Shown: piece by piece, positions 52,701 to 61,300 of the stretch
Layout of the letters: each line of letters opens with the position of its first letter
Numbering within the stretch: position 1 is the stretch's first letter
Source: Amoebophrya sp. A120
Lineage: Eukaryota; Protista; Dinoflagellata
Direction of reading: 5' to 3'
Assembly: GCA_905178155.1 (NCBI GenBank)
Contig: CAJINV010000009.1
Coordinates: 2,643,373 to 2,707,372, forward strand
DNA length: 64,000 bases
Translations under genes and position numbers: made by a program
The notes under the pieces: model-generated
The model's input: only the letters and a program-made list of their open reading frames with translations
Told to the model about the DNA's origin: nothing
Databases searched by the model: none

Positions 52701-55700
52701 CTGCTCATGCAGCACAGATTTTCCAGGAATGCAAGACACGCATCACAAGTTCCACTGTTTCAGACCCAGCCCACATTTTTGCATTTGATAACCAGGAAAG
52801 GAAAACCATCTCGACGCGGCCGAACGCGTATGACCTGCAAAAATGTTCGGGTCTGGAAACTTGTGATGCTAGTTTGTGAATGGTGGGCGCACTGCGTTAC
52901 CACGCAGCCACGCATGACAAGTTTCTGAGCGTCTAATTCTATGTGTTTCGCTTCCATCCCGCATGAAAAACTGCGTTTTTGCATGACAGGTAAGAGGCTG
53001 CTTTCCTGCTCACGCATTACAGATTCAAGAGTCGTGTCAGACAAGCATGACAAACTTGCAGTCTTCCAGACCCAGACATATTTGCAGTTGATAACGCGGC
53101 GACTTTGACCAACACGGCGGAAAGGTACAGCAGGATCTGGATGGTTTGGGAGAGTGGAATTTAGTTATTTTTGTGGTGCACCATCAATTGCAATAAAGCA
53201 CAGACTCATGTAACGAAAATTTTTGTGATGCAAGAAGAACGATGAACATGCTATGTTACCCCGACAGTCAGGATCGACACCACCCACTGCAGCCCGCATT
53301 TCAAACACGCCTGCTCCAGATAGCTCAACGACTGGTGCTTCTCTGCCTTCATCAAAAATGCCTGCGTCGTCGTCGCAGAGACAACGGCATTTTGAAGATT
53401 CGCAGAAGCTGGCGCAGCTTGATTCACCCCGCCCGGAGGTCCTGCTCCGGTTAGTTGGTTTGGCGAGTTGCTAGAAGTTCCAGGTGCGCCAACGTTGTTT
53501 ATTCCGCCCCCACCACCCGCGACAGGCCCTGCAATCGCGTTGCCGCCATTACTCGCGGAGCCACCTCCACCTGCGCCATCGCCGGTCCCAGCAGGAACAG
53601 CTCCTGCACCGCCCGGACCACTCCCTTGGGCGCCGGCCGAGGCGATTAAGTGTAAAGACCGATCGTCTAGAATTGTCGTCCAGAAGATATGACCTGCTCA
53701 AACGTTACAATCTCAAACGTTACAATAGAATCCGAGATTTGTCTTGCATGATCAACATGACAGACTCGGACAGCATTCCACTTTCTGCAATACAAATTTC
53801 GCCAGATTGTAGTGCGGATTGGGACTCCAGAACTTGTCATGCGTAATCCTGTGGGAGTAGGGTAGATCATGCACTTCTTGCAACACAAGTCCCAGATTCT
53901 ATTGTAACGCTTGAGATTGTAGCACCTGGGCAGGTCATAGAAGATCAGCACGTTGTAGAGAAACAGGATCTATGAAATGCAAAAATGTCTGGGTCTGGAA
54001 GGATGCAACTTGTGGTGCTACCTCTGGATTCTACATAAAATCTGTATTGCGCGAGCAGCAAAAGAAGTGCAATTTGTGCTACGCGGAGAGGGTATTTCTC
54101 ATGCGGTATGAGCATCGGAAAGCCCTCGCAGAGTCTCTGATGCCAGGGCATGCATCACAGACCTCATGGGTCATCGTCATGCAAAATCTGCATGACAAAC
54201 TCCTGCATTCTTCCAGACCCAGACATATTTGCATTTGATAGGATCGGTAGCGCGATCGACATCGCCAGGATGATGTGCTGCACCGTGAAACACCAGGTGT
54301 TATCGCTATCGAAGCAGATTTCGTTCTTGTAAACAATTTTCTCGCACTCATCGCTGTCGTCGACGCAAACCAAGTGGTTTGGGTTGTAAATCGAAATTTC
54401 CGTCCCCGTGGAGTCCAGTATGCAATACAAATTTCCCGCTCAACGTCCACATGTACAAAAGGCATGAGATTTTGATTTTTCGCTAACTGGGATTGTCATT
54501 AAACTTGTCATGCTGGTGACTAAGATTGAAGGCACGTTTTGTCCTGCAGCTGCAGAAACAGCAACAGCATCTGTACGCGTCCGGGAATAGATATACTGTG
54601 AATATCCAACGTGACAGCGCAACTTGGTCTGCTGTCCCCCGTCAACGTGTAGTACTGGACTTGTTCGTTTTCCAGGTCCGTGACGGCGGACACCACCGCC
54701 TGCACTCCACTTGGTAATTCCGAAAATTCCGTCTCGTGGGGGAAAAACGTTTTCAGTGATGCGTTGAACGTATGGGAGTGCCAGGATCGAAATCGTCAAA
54801 GTTGAAATAACTTGTAATGCATAAAATCGATACCAGTTGGAAGCCCAAATTGTAAGCGGTGCATGACAAATCTCGGCACCGTCTAAATCCAGTTTGTCGT
54901 GCTGTTTGGGGACAGCAGGCGTCTTTTGTCATGCTTCCTTAGCAGCTCTATCCCAAACCCGAAACAGGCTCACAATCGGCCTCGCTTGCAATCCCTGCAA
55001 GACCGTCTTTTCATGCCTTGCATTTTATGCATCACAGATTATTTCAACTTTGTCGACTTCAATCCTGACACTCCCATAGAACGGCCCCTGTTGGTAATTC
55101 ACGAACACGGTGTTCTGCTCCAACGCAGCTTTCGAATACTGCTTTCCGAACAGTGACTCCCCGGGTATCCAGGAAAAAAACTGTGTAAGTGCATAGTTTC
55201 TTGGAGGACTAGCATCACAAGTTTGCTCTGCATGACACAGAAAACCTGTCATGCGTAGCTGGTACGTGAAAACACGCGCGAAAATTGCCTCTGATGCATG
55301 TCCAGCATGAAAATGTAGCAGTTTTGCATTTTATGCAACACAAAGTTACAGCACTTACACAGTTTTTTTCTTGGTGGATACCGGGATAGGAAGGAACAGT
55401 CGCTCGGCAGTTCGGGAAACAGACTTGCGTCCTCGGTAGCCTTCCCTGGTAGCTTTGCAACGAGTTGGTGTTTCGTGTTTCCGGGAGGCTGCTGGTCAAA
55501 AACCGGTCCTCGTCCACGAGCGACGTTTTCTCATTCGGGAACGCGACGTAGCGGCACTCATTGAAAGCCTTGGAAGATTCGAGTTCCGCATCGGCTGCGA
55601 TGGCGGAGGTGGTTGTCACGGATTTCGCTTCGTGCCGTCTCCCGAGGTGGAAGTCGTAGAGTTTGGAATACTCGTTATCGCCGTAGTAGATCGAAAAACC

Positions 55701-56275
55701 GGTTTTCAGGAAGCAGGAGAGCGTGGGGTATCCAGGAAAAAATATCCATCCCAATACACTTTGTCATGCAAAACATGCATAACATCCACTATTTGCCATG
55801 CAAAAAAATGGATGGGATGGGTGTTTTTTCCTGGATATGGGAAAGTTTTCCAACACACAGCTGATTTTGCAGTCCAGGCGTCGCTATCCTGTGCAAAAGT
55901 ATCGCACTCGTACTAATTGCAATCTTGCATGACAAACCTACCTTTTTACCACCTGAATTAGCATTACAAATTCAATTTTTCTTTCTGATAAAATTTGCAA
56001 TGCAATTTATACTAGTACGATACTTTTCCAATGCATAGTCGCATGCACAGCTTCCCATTTTCCCAATTCGCATAGTCGACCACGTGGGAGGTGATGATTA
56101 GGTAGATGGAAAGCGCGAGAAACAGGCGTATCAAACGAAGCAACGCGCCGGAGCGACACCGGGGCGGGAGATAGTTTTCGCGGAACCAGTAGCGGAGAAA
56201 AAGGTTGTTGGCTTTCAGGTGCGTCAAATAGGTTTTTGCAACCGGCTCAGCGTTCAAGAAGTCGGAGGCCCACAT
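46734..56275 (-). CDS. Multi-pass membrane protein: Cys-rich loop, voltage-sensor-like (S1-S4) domain and class I 3',5'-cyclic nucleotide phosphodiesterase; 16 introners plus canonical intron 53137-53259
   Basis: PDE motifs NPYHNALHACDV, IHDYQHPGVSN, LENHH, LATD, LHAADISN, EYFRQGD, QLGFI; VSD motifs FALEIVIR, WNLFDF, LLRLLRLLRL. Confidence 0.85.
47309..47421. mobile_element. Introner family D
   Basis: TIR; DR TTTCG. Confidence 0.9.
47527..47654. mobile_element. Introner family D (diverged)
   Basis: TIR; DR TTGAG. Confidence 0.82.
48020..49270. mobile_element. Introner family F with ~1-kb nested insert (about 48062-49037)
   Basis: TIR halves; DR TCCGC; interrupts the PDE catalytic domain. 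Confidence 0.88.
48858..48944. repeat. Tandem repeat ACGAAGTGCTCTGAAAAA(A), 4-5 copies
   Basis: Direct reading. Confidence 0.85.
50105..50262. mobile_element. Introner family B
   Basis: TIR; DR TCGTC/TCACC (degenerate). Confidence 0.8.
50682..51005. mobile_element. Introner family A with nested ~70-bp truncated retroposon (50738-50812)
   Basis: TIR; DR TGTCT/TATCT. Confidence 0.85.
51782..52043. mobile_element. Introner family A
   Basis: TIR; DR AGTCG/AGTCA. Confidence 0.88.
52102..52352. mobile_element. Introner family A (left end CAT)
   Basis: TIR; DR TTTGC. Confidence 0.88.
52536..52790. mobile_element. Introner family A
   Basis: TIR; DR ACCAG. Confidence 0.9.
52829..53093. mobile_element. 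Introner family A
   Basis: TIR; DR ACGCG. Confidence 0.9.
53688..53939. mobile_element. Introner family L (single copy here)
   Basis: TATGACCTGC..TACAATCTCAAACGTTACAATAGAATC TIR; DR GAAGA. Confidence 0.88.
53971..54240. mobile_element. Introner family A
   Basis: TIR; DR GGATC. Confidence 0.9.
54419..54604. mobile_element. Introner family K
   Basis: TIR (degenerate); DR TCCAG/TCCAA. Confidence 0.8.
54771..55078. mobile_element. Introner family G
   Basis: TIR; DR GAACG. Confidence 0.9.
55166..55380. mobile_element. Introner family E
   Basis: TIR; DR CCGGG. Confidence 0.9.
55729..55837. mobile_element. Introner family D
   Basis: TIR; DR TGGGG/TGGGA. Confidence 0.88.
55885..56037. mobile_element. 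Introner family B
   Basis: TIR; DR GTCGC. Confidence 0.9.
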
Positions 56276-58239
56276 AATTGATGTTTTTGAATTTTTTGGT
56301 ACGGTCGACTACCAAGAGTTTCTTTCTTCAACTACTCATGTGGTGCTCTCTCGTTATTTTAGAGGAAGTGGCACGACCACACCGACTGCGTATACCACTC
56401 GTTCCGCCTGGGTGAAATGATCCTCCGTCAACTACGTGCTTTATAATTCACTTCAAAAAGCTCCCCTGCTCTAGCACGAGCCGGAACCGCCTCAAGAACC
56501 TCGATCCCCCTCATCTTCAAGTGCGAACATGAGCGACTCGCACCATGCGTCCTCGTCAGCTTGTTGACGAAGGAAGAAAAGCGCGCGGACTACTTGCAGC
56601 TTCGCCGCCACCCCCCACCTCCGCGGTCGCTCGCGCGGCGCTCCACAAAAGCCATGGGCTGCGTGTGAGCGAGCATTGATTTCGCGCCACAGCAGGTGGG
56701 GCGAGCGGTGCGTGTAAAGCCGGGCAAACGAAAACACAACCCCAATCATTCAGCGACAATGCGTGACACGCGGTAGGCGTGTAGCTACAATAACGAAACA
56801 GCAGCCACACACCGCTGCATCAATAAGCTTAAGCTTAACGCGAGGAGAAGCACGGCGCGGGCGCACTATTTAGGGCGCGCGCGCCTTCTTTTTAGTACCT
56901 GCTGCGGAAAGCACATAGAACCCCCCCGCGGCGCCACAGGCAGCCGCCGGGAGTTGCCGGCGCCGGGGCTCGACACGGCCGAACGAACTGCCCCAAGAGC
57001 TCCCGCGGAGAGCTTGCCCACACCGTGGACACAACACAACAGGCGCGGCGCGCCAAAACCAAGAAAGCAAGGGAGTGCGCCGCCAACAGACACACCGGGG
57101 CGAAAGGTGATAGGGCGGGCCCGGGCGCCGCCCCCCTCCCGCGAAGAGGGGGCCGCGTCCGCCCGACCTGCGCGGAGGGTTGGCGGGCGCCACGAAGGCG
57201 GGGCCGCCCGGGGGCAGGAAGCGAACAGCGCGGCCGCCCCCCCGGGCCCGCCCGCCTCCACGGCGCGGCCCGCGCAACAAAGAGCAGGGGGCGCAACCGG
57301 GAGGGGACGCCGTCCCCGGCGGCGGCGCGCTTGCGGCGCTCCGCGGGGTAGACTGCGCCGCCCGGGGCCCGTTTGGTCGATGGCGCGCAGCTGCCAGCCT
57401 GGCGGCCTTCTTCGCCGTTCCCATACCCATCCCCGCCACGCTTGAAGGCTGCCCAAATAAAAAACGGCCGGGCCGACCCGCCTCGCAGGCCCCCTGCTTT
57501 GTTCGCATAAGCCTGCGCGAGTGGTCGCGCTCGCAATGCCGGCCGGGCGCCAGTGCCTGGCCGGGTAGCGAACGCGCTAAGCCCGCCCGCCTGCCCGATG
57601 GGCGCAACAAGCAACCGCCCCCCGCTGGCCCGAAAGCTGTCGCCCGAGTGCCCGCAACTGAAAGCGCCAGGCCGCCGCCCTTTTCGTGCATCGCGGCAAA
57701 ATTCGCGCGGGCATTTCGAGGCGGGTCGCTGGGGTATCCCTCCACTGCGAGCCTACCGCCCTGCATCTGGGCCCATTCCTGTGCCCGCGCCTGTGGCTGC
57801 TGGCGAAGGCGGCGCACCAAGGTCGTCGGGCGACGCGGCGCCCCCGCGATGCGCGCGCGATCCCTCACAAGTAGCCCCGGCCCCAGCCCGCGTCTGTCCA
57901 GTCTCTTCCGCTAATGCTGTGCATCAGTCTGGCGAAGTTGTGCAGCGCTTTTTGTTTGTTCCTGGGTGCTGATCTCCCGGAGGAGCAGCAGCTTGACGGC
58001 ACTGTGGCCGCGCGAACACATCATAATCTTCACACGCGCTGCTTTGTATATTGACAGAGCCAAGGCTAGCAAAAAAACATGTGTCCGCAATCGTCTTGAA
58101 TCTTCAAATTCGAACGACAGGAAACACGGATGCTATCGTCCTTCGGCTTTAATATCGGAGCTCAGAGTGAAGATAAAAAAATTCGAAACAAACAAGCGGT
58201 TGCTATCGCTAACATCCTCCCCATTTTCAATTTATATCT

Positions 58240-59804
58240 TCATCCATTATTGAACCCCAAGCTGTTCGTCATCAACTCCGCCAGACTACTGCCCGCGTTA
58301 TTTCGACTGTTCCCAAACCGCCTGGTCCCGCCAATGCCCGCGAAAGCCCCGCCTTGGTTCCCGCTAACGTTGTTTGGATTGCCGGACCCGGCGCCCGAGC
58401 TGCCGCTGTTGGACTTGCTGTGGTCGTTTGCGGACCGGTTTCCGCCGGTGCTGGTGGGGTTTGTCGTAGACCCAGGCTTGGAGCTCGTTCCTGAGGAACT
58501 GGCGTTTTCCTGGATAGTTTTTGTTTGATTTTTGCAACTGCAAGTGCTAGCAACACACAACTACACTACTACATGAACATGTACATCTTCATGGGTCTGG
58601 GTGCTGCATGACAAACAAAAACCCAATCTTCGCAGTATCATTCTCATCGTACCGAAGTGTCCACCGCGTCCAAGTACGGGTGCTTCAGGTACTCCATCCA
58701 GCTCATGGCTTTTATTGACCTGTCTCGGATGATATGAATTGCACAAGTATCGTACTCGTATAAATGCATTACAAATTTCCTCCGCGTGAGAAATAAAATT
58801 TGTAATGCAGATTTGCCTTGGGAACAAGATTTGTAATGCAAGACTTGCATTTGTACGAGTACGATACTTTTGCACAGGATAGATGAACGTGATCTCCGGC
58901 TTGGTCAGAAACGTGCAGTCCAACAGGATGTTGTCCCCGATCATCCGCAGGCCCTCCTTCGCTTTGTGTTTATGCAATACAAATTTCCCGCACATGTACA
59001 AGATGCATCACAAATTTCACCAATTTGGAGTGTGTCATGCTAAACTAGGAAAGAAGACAAGTTTTCTTGCCATGCAGAGACCGCATTTGTAGGTGTACGG
59101 GAAATTTACTGTGGATAGTGTCTCCTGAAATTCACCAGTTCGTGAAACCTGTCGGTGATTTCCTTCCGCGGATTCACCCGGAAGTAAATGCTGTGCATCA
59201 GGAACGTGTGCGCGATATGAGAGTGCACAACTCCCCCTGTCCTTCATTTGTCATGCAAAACCCCAAATCCAAGGGCTTCCCTGTGGCACTCTTTGCATCA
59301 CAAATTCCGGAACAAGCCCGAACAGTACTACAGCAGGCGCATAAATTTGCCATGCACAGGCTCGACGTGTGCTGGTGTTTGTGTTGCTGTTCATGCAATA
59401 CAAATGAGGGGAAAGGAGAGCTGTGCACTGTCATACGCGATCCAGATGAACCACTCGTCTACGGGTTCAAATTTGTGCGGATTTCGCTTTTCGTTCAGCA
59501 ACACCTGCTTCAATTTCCGTTCGGTCAGCCAGTGCGGTGGCCACAGCATGCCGTGCTTCCGCTGTTCCAACTCCAAGCCGAGCCAAATGGGGATCGCGGT
59601 CTTCTGGCCCTTTTTGAACGGGCCGTGCTTTTTCTTCAGCGTGGCGAAAATCTTGTCCTCGGAATTGTAGAAGTTGTCAGACTGGAATATCGGCGAGTCC
59701 CAGTGGAACTCGCAGAGCGCCTCGAGCGCTTCCCGCCGGTCCTCCTTCAACCATTTTTCCAGCGGCTGCGACCAGATCTTGTGCTTCCCGAGGCTGGAGG
59801 CCAT
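58240..59804 (-). CDS. PSF2: GINS complex subunit Psf2-like; 3 introners plus canonical intron 58510-58652
   Basis: HGPFKKGQKTAIPIWLGLELEQRKHGMLWPPHWLTERKL resembles the Psf2 GPF..VPLWLA..L.QR..PPEW motif; LDCTFLTKPEI resembles LDNLTLMEIN. Confidence 0.65.
58733..58881. mobile_element. Introner family B
   Basis: TIR; DR GATGA. Confidence 0.9.
58971..59117. mobile_element. Introner family K
   Basis: TIR; DR GTGTT/GTGTC. Confidence 0.85.
59216..59435. mobile_element. Introner family H
   Basis: TIR; DR CGCGA. Confidence 0.9.
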
Positions 59805-61300
59805 GGTCGTAGAATTCTGGGCGTGAGTGCGCAGGTTGTGTTTGTAAGTCTAAGTCGGTCGGCAGGCTATCTTTGCATGATCGATGTGTCGCTTTTAAGT
59901 TTAATCACATAGAACTACTGGAAAGAGATTCAAATTGAGCCCACAAAGATAGCGCCTTCACCAAAACCGGATGCGATAATTAAAGCTGAGATTTACAATT
60001 CTTGCGATGGTGCTGCCGTGTCTCCAACCGTTCAAAGTACTAGCCCCAAGTTGTACCAGCAGAAGTCAATCTTCATTCGTGAGTAGGCTGCGCTCTTTTA
60101 TGCTGATTTCGCAGCAGTCTTTTGTAAGCAGTTCGTCCTTTTCCACACAGGGAACTACATCAACAAAGAAGAGAACCCGTTTCATCTTCTTCAACTTCTA
60201 ATTCGTCCAACACGCACACGCACTCCACGCAGAACGAATCATCAGATTCTTGTTCGTGGCCAACGATTCCAGACTGTTCTAACCTCGAAGACTGATGGTG
60301 TTGGCGATCATGCCTTTCACGGAAGAGGTGGATTTTAGCAGCCTCGAGCACATACCATCCGAAGCGAACACTCCTCCTGTGAGCGAAAACAATATATCCG
60401 TGCGCTTCGCCTGAAAAAGCAAACACAGAATATATAACTCTGCAGCCAAATCACAGCTCGTTGGGATTGCGTGCTGTCCCCGTTTCCTTTTTTCCTCATA
60501 GATCCTTCCTCTGCGTAGGTAGAACGAAACAAGAGTCGCGAATGTCGCTAAAGAGATTGTTCGTCGCGCACTGCAAAGGAAGATTGCAACGCGAAGGATT
60601 CATTTTGCTTGGTTAGGTTGCATTTTTCATTTTTTTGTACTTCATAAAGTAAAACTTCTTCGAACGTCGAAGTACAGCTATCCGATTCCGATCGACACAT
60701 AGAAGTGCTCGTTATATTTTCTTTCGCACTTTAAGTTTCTTTTCGTGTTTGATGGAAGGTCGCAGCATTTTTGTCTCCCGCTAGTGGTCGAGTAGCAATA
60801 GTCACGACTGGTGGGCCCCCCGACGAAGTCGAAAGTGAAGAAGAGCGAAACGTCGCGTCGGCACGCGATTCTTGTGAACGACCTGTGAGAGTGTGGTCGT
60901 GTGGCAGAATTCCAAATTGATGGGACGGTGAGGATGATGAATTGGGTGCTTAGGAGATGAAAAGCAGCAGAACGAATTCTATCTGAAAAAAATTGTATAA
61001 AAACATAAAGCGTCTTCTTGTGTTGTTGAAAGGGACCGCAGCATGCTACTCAAAACAAATTCAGATGAGAGCGTTTAAGTACCTGCAGCTGGCACCCTTT
61101 TATCTTTGCCCAGCGCGACGCGTACCTGCCGCGACTGCGACACAACAGAGTAGAACCCAGTCGCCGGGGTCCATTTTTCAAACACAGCGAGCATAATCAA
61201 GACCATGAAGCAGGCACCAAAATCTACATCATCTGACTGTCCACTCGTCCTAGCACAAGCTTGTTCCTCTTTATGCCGCAGACCCCGCCATGACCCGCTA

